Of a DNA stretch of 64,000 bases, positions 47,001 through 61,823 are shown piece after piece. Made by a program: the position numbers and the translations under genes. Within the stretch, counting starts at the first letter, position 1. Each line of letters starts with the position of its first letter. The notes beneath the pieces are model-generated. The model worked only from the letters and a program-made list of their open reading frames with translations, did not search any database and was not told the origin of the DNA. This DNA comes from Schmidtea polychroa (lineage: Eukaryota). The stretch spans positions 248,001 to 312,000 of the forward strand of contig JBJFYX010000024.1 in NCBI GenBank assembly GCA_044892525.1, read 5' to 3'.

Positions 47001-50000
47001 TAGGTAAAAAACCCTTCGAGATTTGTCCTTTTTCAAGGATAATATTTAAAAAAGTATTAAAGTTAATTAAATATATTTATAAAAAAATATTAAACATCAA
47101 CATATTTAATAAAAAAACATCAAAATGTTAAAAGAATTCCCCGTTGTATGCAAAAACAAGGTATTCCCGCATTCTCTCATAATACAAGCCATATAATATA
47201 GACGGATCCACATTCATTTCAGCAATAACCCTGGCTACATTCTCCTTTATCATTACAGATGTCATTGGTTCGGGTCTAATTGCTGAATATCTGCTTTTAA
47301 TTGCTGAGAATATGTTTTCAATTGGATTTAGATCCGAACTATAAGGGGGTAAATATTTTATGATAATACTTTTTTCTACGCAAAAATATTTTACAATATC
47401 ACTATGGTGAAATCTTACATTATCCTTTACATTTATCCTTACATTAGCTTTTATTTGTTGTATATTATAAGCTTCATTTAAAAATTCCAACATTTTCTCA
47501 GCATTATATGCACCATCGATCAATTTAAAATGGTTTACCTTTTCATCGCAAATACATTTCTGCCTCGGTTAGCTCGGTTAGGATTGGACTCGTTCATCAT
47601 GAATTTTAAATCGTTTCTTTTTATTATTTTTAAAATGATCCAAAACAATAAATTAATTCTAAAATCATTTTATTAATTTATAATTTAGATTAATTAATTT
47701 AGAATTTAGAATATTGAATAAATGATTTAGAATATTGAATAAATGATTTATAATTATGAATAGTCGCTTTATAATAGGGAAATTTTAGTAATTTAGTAAA
47801 AAATTAAAAATGGAATAAATGATAACACATAAAACAATCAGATTAGGTTGTCATTATTAAGAAATACAATCAAACATACTCCTAGATGATTTATCCGTAA
47901 TAACTCTCCGGTGCTTTCCAGATTCTGGAAGCCAGTTTGCAGCCTCCTCTGTTCTGAGCGCGCTTCTCTTATTTGAGATCTTTGATTATCTTTTACATCC
48001 ATAGGAGAATCGTCTAGAATGAATGAATGAAATAATTAATAAAAAACTAATAAATATGAAAGCTACTTTCTGATTTTCGATCTAAAACATATTTTGCAGC
48101 AGTTGCTGGAACCAGTGGCATTCTGATATTTTTATTACTTGATAACAACATTGTCCCGTGAGCTGCCATTCTTTTTTCTGTGTCCGTTATTTGATAATAT
48201 CCCTGAGTTCTGGCAGATCCAGTTGTGTGAGTAGTTATTACATCTGTTGGATCATCATTGCAGCTAATCCCTTCTTTTAATTTCCGGCGTTTTTTGGTAA
48301 TTTTTTTATCATTTACTATATCAGTAATGCAATTATCATAGAGCCGTTTTCGAGAGAGAGGTCGATCTGTAATCTCTAATCTGATATCACCGGAATTACA
48401 TATGTATTTCAGTTCTGAAGGAGGGGGTACTTTCGTACATGGATAATCATCCCAATTTATGGAAGTGATTAATGAAATGTTATTATTGAGCGAATCATTT
48501 TCAGAATGTGATAATCTTTCTCGATCATTCAAATTTGTTACAATTCTTTTATAAGCAAATTGAAAGAATAATTTATCTTCAGCGTCAATTCCATTTATAA
48601 AAATTTGACTGAGAAATTTAGTTTGTGGAGTTAAGGCTTCTGAAGTAATTTCATTGCTTGATATTATACTTTTTTCCGCAAAAGAATTTTTAACTTCCTA
48701 TGTACAACAAAATATTAATACTTGTGACAACAAAAAAAATTTATAATACCTGTTGATCTATATTATGTACTTTATGCAATTTGAATTGAGATTTGCTAAC
48801 TTTTGTTTTATATTTTATACTAGTTCCAACTTTAGGTTCTTGGAAATAATTATGATCGTGAATAATAATTTGGTCCCATTTATAAATGTCATCAATAAAC
48901 TAATAAAAAAAATTAAGTTTTCAAAATCAAATAATGCATTTACATTTTCTAATTCAACTGATTCAGCATCTGCGCTATCAGTAGTATCTGCAGCTTCAAC
49001 ACTATTTGAATGTGAACGCGAGTTTGAAATCAAACGGGATGAAGGTTTAGACTGATTTGAAACGGAATTTTCTTTTCCATAAGGAATTAAATTTTGTTTC
49101 CTTCGATTAGGCACAGAGGAAGAAATTCTATTTGAAGACTGAATGCTGAAGATTTTATGTTGATTTGTTAATAAATTATATCCCGAGCTAGAATAGTGTT
49201 TATCAGAATTGTCTTCTAATTTATCCCAGAATGAAATATCTTGAAAATATAGCTCAGATTCATATGTCAAAGTATCCAAATTTGCTCCAAATTTAATTTC
49301 ATGAGTTTTCAATTGCTTTATATTATTACTAGAATTATCCCACATGTCTTCATCTAACTTTCGTTTTTTAGGTTTAATACATATACGACCTGCACTAGAT
49401 TCTTCTTCGTCATCATCACTCATTTTAACTGGTCGATGAATTGATTTACGTTCCGGCTTTCTTCGCAAAAGCTTGTCTTTTGAATAAAGGTTTAAAGATG
49501 ATAATTGTGATTTGTCATCTGAATCATCGTCTTCCTCGTCATCACTTATACTTCCACTTGATGACAAATCTTGTTTCTCACTGATGAATTTTTGTTTACT
49601 TTTATCATTATCAATTTTTTCAATTATTGATTGCTTTGGTGGACGACCTCGTTTTATGATTCTAACTTCAGTTTTTTCATTTACCTCTTTTTTCTCATTT
49701 TTTATTTCAATCTGCTTCTTAGTACTCACTGGTTTTTCCATTTTATCAGCTTTGAAATCCTGATTAAAACATTGTTTCTCATTAATTTTTACAATAGAAT
49801 TTTATTATAAATGTCAGAAAACTACAATTGACAGTAAGATAATTTTGATTTTTCCTAAAATTTATAAATATTTTACATATATATTCTTACACTAAAAGGG
49901 ATATGAATCTGACTAAAAAACATTTTAATAAGTAATTAATACCAAGAAAATTATTTATTATAAATTTCAAAAACTACTACAGAAGCCCGAAAAAATCAGC

Positions 50001-53000
50001 TGCAAGATCATTTCTGTAATATTGAGAAGGATTTTATCAAAAAATAGAGATATTTTTTGTATTCGGTACAGTGTAAAATTTAAAGTAAGGAGATATATGT
50101 TCAACTGTTCCGAAACATTTTCTGGTGTAATTTAAAGTCTTTAGGCAACTTTTGCTAGCTCAACTGTACTATAATTACTACATAATTACTTTAAAGTCAT
50201 TATACGACATTAACCAAAACAATTTTCATTTATGATGCATTGTTAAACATAAGTAAAATTGATGACAAAATGACGATAATGAGAAAGTAAGAAAATAATA
50301 ACAGCAATGAAAACACTAAAGGAAATGATCTTTCATAACATTTTTCTGTGAGTTATAGGTTTCCATCATAATGCCTTAAAAATTCACTTAACTGGAAACG
50401 CAATTTATTAACTATTCCAATAACAACGTTTGATTTCGAAAATAGTTTTTCAAAGGACGACACAAATTAATAAATGGTCTGTGTGTAGTGTGAAATTTAA
50501 TTTTAGAATTATTACAAGAGTTTGCTAGTTTTTAAAAACTGATTTTAGATATTAGACTAAGGCTGTCAGATTTAATTATAAATGTTATATGTGAAAAATA
50601 CATGAAATATTTTATAATATTATAATAAATCATATTTCTTAAAAATTGACAAACTTCAAATAGGAAATAAACCCGTAAACGTATGTAAACGTTCATTATA
50701 CCGACTACGAGGGTAAGTTTATATTATCAATGCTATACAATCTATAAGTCGATTAATCAAAAAGTTTGTAGTCAAACAGTCGTATTTTATATTTTATATT
50801 TTATTATTAACCTCCTAACACGGATAAGTACCAATAAGTGGCAAATTTGTTACAATACACTTGGCGATATCCTTTCACTGGAACTCATCCACCTTAAAAA
50901 AAGTTTACAATTACAATTTGCAATGTTTACTGCTGGCCTTAACCCCATATTAAGTGATTAATAATTATTATTATAAAATCAGTGATGAAATTGGAACAAA
51001 AAAGTTCTTTATAAATAAATTTATAATAATTCTTTTTCAAAGCAAATTACTCAATTTACCAAAATATTTCTTTGTTACTATAATTTTTTGTCTATAACAT
51101 CTTGACATTATTTAAGGAAAACTAAATATACCATTAAACTATCTGTGTCAGATAAGTTGCTTGATCTTCTCTTATTATTTGATGATAATTGTTTTATGTT
51201 ATGATTATCCTTGGCTGCCATAGTTTCAGTTTTATCAGTATCATCATCATCTTCATCATCATCATCACTGGAATTCCAAATCTTACTCACATCTGGTTTT
51301 AGCCTTTTGACTTCTTTTGGTAACGGTTTATCCGTTGAAAAATTGTTTTCCACGATACTTTAAGAAATTAAAAATAAAAATCATTTTACAAAATAAACCT
51401 GTCATGAGCGCTATCAATTTTCTTCATTGTGGATTCAGAATCTCTAAAATTTACTCCAATGTCAGAATCATCGGTTTCCGAAACAAATCCATCTGTCTTT
51501 TCATATCTTTTTTTTGTAACTCTAACTTCGTGTTTATCGTCACGTCTATTTTCATAATGATCATCACGATTATGGTGGTAATGATCCCTGTGCTTTTCAT
51601 AATGACGATAATAGCTATCTTTATTGGGTCTATAATAATGGCTGTCGATTTGACGATCACCACGGTGTTCTATGATACAATTAAAAACAGGCGGGACACG
51701 AATTTTCAATTCATACTAGTATACGAATCCCTGTGAGACCAATGATTATTTTTCTTATCAGAATTTGGGGACGCACGCGACCGGTGATAATTATTATCCT
51801 CTACTGGTGATGATTTCCTGGCTAATCTTTTAATTTTTGGTAAGCCAGTATAGTTAGTCAATTGTGCATGGAAGACGTTTGTTTTATCTCCGTGTCTTGG
51901 AACCAAGTTATCTGAAGAACCAAAATACGATTTGTGTTGAATATTTGATGTCCCAATTTCAGTATTAGAATCAGGCTTGTCCCCAATGGAGCTCTGAAAT
52001 CAACATTCATCACTTAATTCACTATCAATAATAATTCCTTAAATAATAGTGAAAAAATTAAACCGCCATTACAATTATTCACTGAACACTTATTTTAAAA
52101 TACGTTAAGAAAAATAATCACATTTAATTAAATCTATTTACCTTATTCTCATGTTCCTTGAAATCCCACCAATTATGAAATGATCCATATGCAGTTGTTT
52201 CAATCATTTTCTTACAGATATCCCGATGCAAAGTTTCCTTTAAATCGTCAATAAATTGACTTTTTAATTTTTCTAGAATTTCTTCAACTTCTTGGTCAGT
52301 TAACTTTTTTGGAGGGGTTTTTAATACCAAAACTCTCTGGTTAAGATGATAGGAACTGGTTTTGCTAGAATGCCTGCTTCTACAATGAGTAATTTCTTCT
52401 TGTTTATGATTAATAACATCTATATTTAACTTTTCCTCAGTATACTTTTTAATTTCGGGTTTATTATTACTATTTTGTTGATTGCATAACTCCTCATAAA
52501 GAAAGGGTTCAGTCGAAGAAGATATATCATTATTGTCAGTAGTGGGCTTAGATTTAGATTCAGAGCAAAGACTTGTGCCAGTCAATAACTTCTGAATTCT
52601 AATTTCTAAAGGCTCCAGTGGTTCATTGGTTAATGAACTGGCAACCATTCTACTTGGATCAATAGACGATGAAACAACACTGTTACTGTGTACATATTTT
52701 TGTCCGTGGCTATCATCACTACAATATTCAGAGCCACTATCAACATCATTATTTGGCTGAGTTGTAACATCTAAAACCGTCTCGATTTTAATCGTTGACT
52801 GACTTTGTATAATTGGTTTATTTTCTTCTGAGGATATTATATAATTATTTGGTGGAATATCTGGAGGATAATATCCCCATTGAACAGATTTAACTTCTGC
52901 TTCCGTATCAATTTGATTTACGACAGGATTCACTAGATTATTGAACATTTCGTTTCGAGTTTTTCCTGTTTAAAAAATAAATATGGAATCATACAAATTA

Positions 53001-53651
53001 TATATAATTATTGATATCAAAGGACAAAAAACGTTTGGAAAACATACCTAGTACATCTATTTTTACATCCATTATATTTCCCATTTTAGAAGTACTGTGA
53101 TATTTTTCGACACAATTCTTAGCACTACGAGAACTCCTAAACACAACCTAATTTCAAAAATTTTAATTTATAATAAAATATCTCTTTTATACTTTTGCCA
53201 AACCAAGGTGTCTATTTGTTTTAGGGTGATATAAAATTTTAATTTCTTCTACCGGTCCACAAATTCGACACATGTCTTCCAAATTTTTTTTATTTATATT
53301 ATCATTTAAATTGGAAAAGGTAACTTCTTTTTCTGGAGGTTCTCCTATAGAATTTTTATCGTACTAAATTTTACATGTTATGTGAAATAAATTATGAAAC
53401 TATATTAACCACAAATTGAGGAATAACTAAATCTATTTCATCTTTTCTGGTAACTATAAATATCTTCTTTCTAGGATCTCTAGGTTTATTTTCAATTTTT
53501 TCTTTCTAAAAGTAATTTAATTCTTATTGAAAAATAAATAAACAATTACTTTAATTGACTTGGATTCATATTGATATTCTTTCTTGTCTAATAAATCTTT
53601 GTCAGTTACTAATTTCAAAGTATCAATAGTCTTAGATCCATTTATATCCAT
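41075..53651 (-). CDS. SETD1: SETD1/Set1 histone H3K4 methyltransferase (multi-exon)
   Basis: N-terminal RRM ([10 protein letters not shown]...[12 protein letters not shown]|[10 protein letters not shown]...MGNI, about 53050-53360), long low-complexity middle exons, [14 protein letters not shown] (about 48200), [10 protein letters not shown] (about 47920), SET exon 41303-41560 (SGIHAWG...ARFINHSC) and last exon 41075-41248 (EEITYDYKF...[13 protein letters not shown]). Confidence 0.93.
41681..42535 (+). mobile_element. 5'-truncated Penelope-like element (GIY-YIG endonuclease remnant at 41834-42368) with inverted terminal copy
   Basis: [26 protein letters not shown] and [13 protein letters not shown]; 41681-41770 is an inverted copy of 42453-42535. 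Confidence 0.8.
43198..44674 (-). mobile_element. IS630/Tc1-family DD34E transposon, full length, two frameshifts
   Basis: FIDES, LDNARIH-(34)-NPIE; TIR TACCATTTCCCA flanked by TA; 21-bp subterminal repeats (2 left, 5 right at 44551-44655). Confidence 0.88.
46731..47781 (-). mobile_element. Deleted IS630/Tc1-type element retaining the transposase C-terminus (47128-47523)
   Basis: KDNVRFHH-(34)[13 protein letters not shown]; about 57-bp inverted repeats TTCCCTATTATAAAGCGACTATTC... at both ends; TSD unclear. Confidence 0.75.
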
Positions 53652-54479
53652 TTAGTTTAGTTAAAACTGATTCTATATTAAAGATTACCAAATTAAAACA
53701 TGAAAATTAATTAATTCAATTAAAAAGGAAAAACTAATATATTAAGCCATTAGATAATTTGAAATTTACATTTAAAAATTTTTATGATAAAACAAATTTA
53801 AATACATTATATATTAAAAACAAATCTTTATGTTAAGTATTATTTTATAAACAAATTATTTTAATTTTTATAACTTATAATTAATGTTTCAAAACTTTTC
53901 TAAAACATAATCTATTAGAATAAATAGTGGTTTTCGTAATGTAATTAAATAAATTCCTTCGCCTTGGTACTTATAAATGCATATATTTATATATAAAGTG
54001 TATGTCAAATTATTTTAAATTGAAAAATATTTTTTGTATTACATTTTTCATTTTATAGTATAATCGTGAAATTTAGTAGTTTAAATTGCTTATAAATTTT
54101 TTATTAATAATATTAATTTTTAATTAAAATGTGATTTGGTTTACCGATTAATGATTCAAAAACTTTAATTAACATACTTCGAACCAAAATTCACAGGTAA
54201 AACTGAAATTAGTAAAATTATATTGTTGGGTTTTATTAATTCAAATCGGTAACCTCTGACTCCAAGTGTCATTTTAATTGAAAATCACCACTAACAAACT
54301 ACCAGAAATATATTTGAATCACAAAAATATATTTCTCTCGAAAAAAAAACAATCAATAACCAAAATTTTATAAGTTTGACCGATCGACAAAAGATAATAT
54401 TCACCTTTTTATTCCCTAAGTTCTTTTGACCAACTCTTTCCATTTATATTCGATTTAATTCTTTTTCAAGTTTTACGTT

Positions 54480-56700
54480 TCTTCAGGTTCTATCTTTTCT
54501 TTTTCCCTAAACTTCCTAATTTGTCTTTTCCCTTTTCCTACACTCGCTTTCTTCGAATTCCTAGCTGAGACTAATTGCCGGTTTGCTCTGATTTCCCATG
54601 CCTTATATACTCTTCGAAATCGGGACGACAAATGGTTATTGCCAAGCCAATCTCTCTCCTGACATTCGACTCCACATATCTGCTTTGGCTGTCACCCAGA
54701 ATGGTCCGACGAACAAAGATAATTAATAGCCCTCCGGGCCTTTCTACACGCACTATCTTTTTCTTGGTCTTTTTCTATTAATCATTGTGACACAATAATG
54801 GGCCCAAATCTTTCTTCTATTTACTTTTTTCTTTGTTAATTATTCATTGATTAATTAAAAAATTGTATTTCCTTGTTTTTCATCCTTTACACACCTTTTC
54901 GCACTTTTCCTAGAACTTTGTAAAAATTCCGTTATCACTATGTTATTCCTCGCTGTCTGTTCTCCACATGACCAATTTCCCAGACTTTAATTCGAATTTA
55001 TGAATCTTTTATCAATTTCCTCAATTCACCTTTTTTGTGCTTTTCCCATCTACTGATGCACCTTCTCGAGCCTTTTAACCCATTTTATTTCTTCGTATTG
55101 TCACTTCTCTTCTTATCCACTCTTGAACCTCTCTCATTACAAATATAATTTTATTATATTTTTAATTATTTCATAACCTCAACGTATCTCCCCATTAAAA
55201 TTTTTTTTTCGTCCTCGAAATATATTTTTTTGGCTTTTATGCCCACATATATACCCATACATGTTTAGTCATTCCTTAATTTACATATATTTATTTTGAG
55301 GATCAAATTTTAACCTGTTCTAGTGTACAACCTAGATTTATNNNNNNNNNNNNNNNNNNNNNNNNNNNNNNNNNNNNNNNNNNNNNNNNNNNNNNNNNNN
55401 NNNNNNNNNNNNNNNNNNNNNNNNNNNNNNNNNNNNNNNNNNNNNNNNNNNNNNNNNNNNNNNNNNNNNNNNNNNNNNNNNNNNNNNNNNNNNNNNNNNN
55501 NNNNNNNNNNNNNNNNNNNNNNNNNNNNNNNNNNNNNNNNNNNNNNNNTTAAGTTATGATTTATTGGTAGCAGCATTTATTATTTAAAACAATAAAGTGA
55601 TTATTTAAGCCTTTTGCTGCGAATAATGTATTTAATGAAAATTTCGATGGTTTGATTTTCAATCTTGCATTTTTGAGCTGTTTAAATACGGTTTCTACAT
55701 CTTTGAAGTGTTCTACAAAATCATTTGAAAATATTATTATATCGTCAAAGTACACCAAAGCATGTCGAATATCTCGTATTACAAAATTCATTCCGCGTTG
55801 GAATGTGGCTGGGGCTCCTGTTAATCCAAATGGTAACACGTTGAATTCGTATAATCCTTTGCCATCAGAGAATGCCGTCTTTTTTCTATTTTTTTTCTAT
55901 TCTTTTTCTAATGCCATTGTTGTTTTATTCACTGTAATGTTTCTAATTAACTAAATGGTATGAAAATTTGAAACCATCTCTTGTATTTCGATACCTTTTT
56001 TCTCCTTTGGTTCGTCTGATTTCACGGTTGCCATCACCAATTTCCTTTTTCTATAATCATCCAAAAAGCATATTTTCTTGGCCATTCATTCATCACAGAC
56101 AATATCATCTTTCCATTGGCTTTCGATAGCCAAGTAAATTCTTCGAACTGCTTCTGTGTCTTCAAATTATTAAAGAATTATAAACATATTGCCAGTTGGA
56201 TCATTTGATTGTCCTCGTTGACCCCGTATTCTGAATCCATGGATATTACATGTTTTCTGATTTCCTTAGTGGTCAAAGGTTTACGCAGGAATGATTTTCG
56301 GTGCTTTAACATTTCTTCGGTAATCAGGAGCAAGGTACTTTCTTCTTCTATTGAGATGATTCGTTCCACTGCGTCACTTATTAGGACTTTCCTTCGGCAT
56401 TCCAATACCAACCACGAAGTTTCATCTACTGCTCGCCATGTTTCTTTAGTAATCTTCACTGACGAATTGTTTGGCATTGTTCCGTTTATGGTTCCTTCAT
56501 TGTCTACAATCTCAACTATTCCTTTAAATACATGTATCTCCTAACTTTCTTCATTTTTCCTCACTAACAATTCGGCTATCTTCACATTCGATTTCCACTC
56601 GATTTCTCCATTTGATTTTTCTTTATTTTCTTCGTTTTCTTCTGTCAAAATTTTGTTAAGTCGTCTGAAAACAACAATTCTCTTATATCCCAACTTTCAC
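54480..56700 (-). mobile_element. Heavily decayed Gypsy-type remnant spanning an assembly gap
   Basis: RT fragment at 55561-55880: KTAFSDGKGLYEFNVLPFGLTGAPATFQR...VYFDDII; flanking broken ORFs; boundaries approximate. Confidence 0.7.
55342..55548. other. Assembly gap
   Basis: Run of N. Confidence 1.
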
Positions 56701-57333
56701 ATCAGTAGTGTAACCGTTCAACCAATCAAATCACAGGAATGATAATTTAAATTAAGAACACAAATAATCACAATACAAGATCATTATTAGTTATTTTAAG
56801 CATTAATAATAAAGATATTCAGGAAAGAAATAGTATACGACATCAACGAAATCATTTTTTAATACACCCACATCTCTAACTGCTGCGGCTCAGAATATTG
56901 ATAGTCGCAGATAGAATCGTTATTGTCATCAGTTTTCATGATTAAAATAAAGTAGGTGAGTAAGATGCCGCTGGGTAGTGCCCCAATGATTCATATGAAG
57001 ATTAATTCAACACAATTGTTACTAGATGAGTTTTCTTTACAGTTTAATGAAGAGTTTTCATTTTTTGTACATGAGTTTTAATGGTGACGTAAGATTATGA
57101 TCATTTGTTCTTTCTTGTAAATTTTTACTTGTATTTAACAAAAGATTTTCTTTTATATAATGTTTCAATCGTATTGTTTTGGAAATCAATTCTGACTTTT
57201 TGTTGTTCTTCCGCTTTCTAATATGAATTTCAGTTATCATTGGTTCAATTTCAACAAAATATCTCCATTCTTTAGTCCAAATGTTAATTTGTATAAGGTT
57301 ATAAATTCTTTGAGTAGCGTTTGTTTGATACGC

Positions 57334-57515
57334 NNNNNNNNNNNNNNNNNNNNNNNNNNNNNNNNNNNNNNNNNNNNNNNNNNNNNNNNNNNNNNNNNNN
57401 NNNNNNNNNNNNNNNNNNNNNNNNNNNNNNNNNNNNNNNNNNNNNNNNNNNNNNNNNNNNNNNNNNNNNNNNNNNNNNNNNNNNNNNNNNNNNNNNNNNN
57501 NNNNNNNNNNNNNNN
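57334..57515. other. Assembly gap
   Basis: Run of N. Confidence 1.
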
Positions 57516-58217
57516 GGTTTTCTCATCATTCAACGTGACAAATAGTTCGAAAGGATTCAATAGATTGCTAACTTTTATTTGTTCTGATATTTCACAATGA
57601 TATGTCCACACAATACTTGTAAACGTTGAATATATATAAATTTTGTCCAATAATAGTACTTTTTCGACTGCATATGGTAGATTCATTGTCATTCCATTCG
57701 TATTTGATATGATATTTATAAAGACTGCAGTTATAAATAAAACTTTATTCGTATAACCCAATGGTGTAGGGTTTTTTAGAAAAACATACACACATACACA
57801 CATACACATATATACATAAAATAATGAAGCTTGGATAAAATGTATCAATATAAAATAATACTATAAAAAAAGTTTGGATAACTTATTTACTGACCAGTTA
57901 TTTACAAGGTTAGTATTAAAATAGTATTAAAATTTCAAGGTGTTTTTGAGTTTTTTAGATACATTAATAATCTATAATAATTTATGAAATTATGAAATTA
58001 TTTGTATTATGCATAAAAATGTTTTCGTATTTGATTTTCACTCTTATTATTTCTTCATATTTATTTTTGTGGTCAAATCACTGCAGGTAGGCGATTTTAT
58101 TTTATTCTGAAAATTGAAACTGGATTGCATATTGTTAAATATGTTTTAGATTTTTGCAGGTCACATTTAAGTAATATCTGGATTTTGTCTTAAGAAAAAT
58201 TGCTCAGTTAAAGCTTT

Positions 58218-58552
58218 TGTTGAGGTCTCGATATTTGAAACTTGTCTGGTTCTTATATAAATGCAAAATATAAAAACAAGTCTATATATAAATATTTATT
58301 GAATAACAAAAATTTACCCAAAATAAACACTCGAGTTGATAATTATTTCCTTTAGAACAAATCAAATATTCGATCACTTCTTGTTCTTAAATCTTCTCAA
58401 AATTACAACTATCGAACAATAATTCACCTATACGCTCGGAATAATATTTATAATATTAATATTTTATTATAATATTTCAATAGCAGATGTTCTTATAACT
58501 TGTTTTGATTGATTTATTTTTTTAACTTATGGCAGCAGATGTTTGCATGCTT

Positions 58553-58624
<72 letters not shown>

Positions 58625-58691
58625 TAATAATAATAATAATAATACTTACTGAGGGTGAATGTGGTGATGGGCCTACCCTCATGATCCAACA
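58218..58691 (-). mobile_element. Diverged, internally deleted solo LTR related to the 18488-38067 Gypsy family
   Basis: Minus strand starts TGTTGGATCATGAGGGTAGGCCCATCAC and ends AATATCGAGACCTCAACA like the Gypsy LTR; 4-bp TSD CTTT (58214-58217 and 58692-58695); contains (AAT)n at about 58554-58644. Confidence 0.85.
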
Positions 58692-59246
58692 CTTTAAAGA
58701 AAAACGAGATTATTAAGCCTGTAGAAGTTATAATTGTCGTAGTTATTTTGACTAAAGTGTAAATAAATAAGCATTAGTTTTTCCATATTTATTCACAAAT
58801 AGCTTGTGCTTGAATTCTTGTTGCATTGGCATATAATGAAACTTTCCTTTTTCTTTGCTTCTTTCTTTATTCTGTCAAATAAAACAGAACTCAAGAAATT
58901 TCCGCATAAGGAAGTTTAACATTTCGTCGAAGCTATGAATCTAAAATCATGTGGAAATCAGGACTTTGCTAGAACTCTTAAATTTTTCCTTTGGTCAGTT
59001 TGGAAAGGACATTTTTTATACATACACAACTATTGAAATAACTTTTTTATTGCCTGGCTAACTCAGGAAACAGATTATTCCTAATGCCTAAAAAGAAGAA
59101 TCAGTGTTTTGTGTAGGCTTGCCCTGTGTGTTGTTGATGATTGGCATTTTCCGTGCTAACAGTAATTTAAGGTGACACTGTTTTGGCACCCAGGATGTGT
59201 CATCTATTATAACAACCAAATCGTTAATTCTATAGATATATACAAA

Positions 59247-60156
59247 TATATAATACACCCGTTTGCACTCAATAAACGCACCTTTAATATAAAACAAAAA
59301 ATCAATATGTGTATATTATATAAACATACAAACTTACCTGTGTGTTTATTTTTATCGTTGCAATGAATAAACGCATTTAATATAGAAAGTGAGAAAGTGG
59401 TAGAAAAAATAAACTGACACACACAAACACAACACATAGTAAAAAATGCATGCAAATTTTCGATATATATATATTCGTTGCGATGAATAAACGCACTATA
59501 ATAAATCATTTACAGACATTTTTAGAATTTTTTAGAAAAAAATATATGAAAAAAATGAGTTCTATAGAATGAAGACATTATTTCGTAAGATTTATCTTAA
59601 ATTTTTATAGAATTTAATAGTTTTTTAGTATTTCACATTCCCCTGAAATCTCAACTTTCCGGTCCGATGTTGGGAATAAACTAGAAAATCGTAAATTTTA
59701 TTAACTTAAATTTAAAAATTAATATTTCTATAGAATTTCAGAACTTGCAAAATTAATAAACTGTATTTCTTACTTAATTACTTAATAAAATAATAATAAA
59801 ACTCACATTATATTAAAATAATTCCAAATAATAATAATAATAACATCTAAAACACATGAAAAATTAATTAAAAATAATTGATAAAAAGTCACATTTAAGA
59901 GCTTGAATGATGATCTCATATCTATAAAGTTTACTTTAAATAAAAAAATTACTTGAAAGCCATTTCTAAAATGGCTAAATACAAATAGTTAAAATAGCTA
60001 ATAAATAAATAAATCAATAAATAGTAGTTAAATTAAATGCATGTTCATGAGTAGTTACATGGATTTCAAAAAAGTTCATAAAGAATGACACATCTATAAT
60101 TGGTTGTACATACCAACCCATATTATAGATGCGTTTATTCCGTGCAAACGGGTGTA
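59247..60156. repeat. Segment bounded by about 28-bp inverted repeats, possible MITE
   Basis: TACACCCGTTTGCAC..AATAAACGCA at 59247 and inverted at about 60129-60156; the GAATAAACGCA motif recurs at about 59365 and about 59485. Confidence 0.4.
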
Positions 60157-60627
60157 CAAATTACAAATCAACACACACATACAGTCAACAGTACGTTACA
60201 CACTAGTAAGATCGAAATATGACTTGAAAATGTGTTACACATCAACCATTCCCTTCGTCAATTCACCCAAGTTAATCACTCCATACAAAATCTACCGCAC
60301 ACATACCTGGCCTGCACACTATGATTGAATGACGCTGTGCCGAGGTTTCATATTTTAACTTCACATTCTCGAAATTCACAGATCATTGCACACAAAACTA
60401 TGATACACCGCACATACACACATACATGCCCTTTACATAGTGAGGGCATTTCGGTTTAGTGCTTGACCCAAATCGCTAATGTGTGTGTACAACACGCACG
60501 TACTGAGAGGCACTGTAGTGGATGTGTGCGTGAGGAAATTTCCCTATCTAGGCAGAATTAGATGACTCCACCAGTCAAATTGATTTTCAGGTAACCAGAA
60601 TTTTGTGTGCATTGTTATTTTATATAT

Positions 60628-61010
60628 ACACTTAATTCCAAAAGTTAACATTGTCTATAATATACGTTGGTGTGCACAACAGTTGAGGTGACTCACCATT
60701 TATATGACAATGATTACTTAACTTCATTTTTGAAAAATCTTTTTCAGGTAATTTTTTTAAGTTTAAGTAATTTTTAAGATTTGAATTTTGATTTTATATA
60801 ATTATAAGATCATTATTCAAGTTCTTAAATATTACTTTTAGCCAGCATTTATATATAAAATATTTATAGTGAAATTTCAGGTGTTTTTTTAGGAATGTTA
60901 TGACATTTTATGAATTTATTTGGAATTATTTCGATAAAATGTAAGTTAGATATATTTTTAACAATAAATAAATAAAGTTATCACCGAAGACAACTATTTT
61001 TTTAATACAA
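60628..61010 (+). repeat. Interspersed repeat, copy 2 (see 15250-15625)
   Basis: Collinear similarity, clearly diverged. Confidence 0.75.
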
Positions 61011-61439
61011 ATAGTAAAGATAGTACAACTTCAAAAATATTTTATAAATAGATCTTACAATGTTTTATCGTCTTTTCTCTACAGATCAAAGTAGAGTTGT
61101 CCGATTCTAGATAAAAAAATTTCCCCCACCATTTTTTAATATATTAATAATAATAATAGGTTAACAATATGTTAATCAATGTTTAATTTCGGGAAAAAAC
61201 ACTATAATAAATTTGCATGCATTTTTCATTATGTGTTTTGTGTTGGTATGTTTAATTATTTTTCTGTCACTTTTTCAATTCCTATAATAAATATGTTAAC
61301 TTTCGAAGCATTAAATTTTTACACACATGTAAGTTTGTGAGTTCCTAAACTATAAATTTATTGATTTTTTTAGATTATAGACTATTTTAGCTTTCGGATT
61401 TAGGTGTAACTCTAGGTTATTTTGCAGTTGTCGCAGCAT

Positions 61440-61790
61440 TTTGACTAGTTGATCTTGGTTTCCTGAACGCATAATTAAGTGTTATTGGCAATCGAGAAAT
61501 GGTCTTGACGGTGAACTGTTTATTGAATGTACTTAGTTTTACAAAAAAGATCCATTAACTAATACAAATGTCAAGGTAGCTGGAGAAAACCTAACGGAAG
61601 AATCACTGAAGTGCCACTTTCGAGAATTTGGAAAAATTGATAGTATTAAAGTTGATCCAGAGAAAGGTCCTGCATTTATTAATTTCGTTACTCATGAACA
61701 GCTGTAAGAGCTATTCGTCAGCGACATGTATATAAAATAAATGATAAGGTGATTAAATGTAATTGGATAAAGAGAACTTTGTTATATCTG
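61440..61790 (+). pseudogene. RRM protein remnant, TIA-1/TIAR RRM3-like
   Basis: VKVAGENLTEESLKCHFREFGKIDSIKVDPEKGPAFINFVTHEQ, frameshift, then VRAIRQRHVYKINDKVIKCNW; an earlier IIKCYW suggests a preceding RRM. Confidence 0.6.
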
Positions 61791-61823
61791 CCAGTGCTCT
61801 GCCGCAATGGCAACCAGGGTAAG

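Noticed and set aside
55310-57848. ORFs containing long X runs
   Set aside because: Artefacts of translating assembly gaps; the flanking parts have no recognisable motif.
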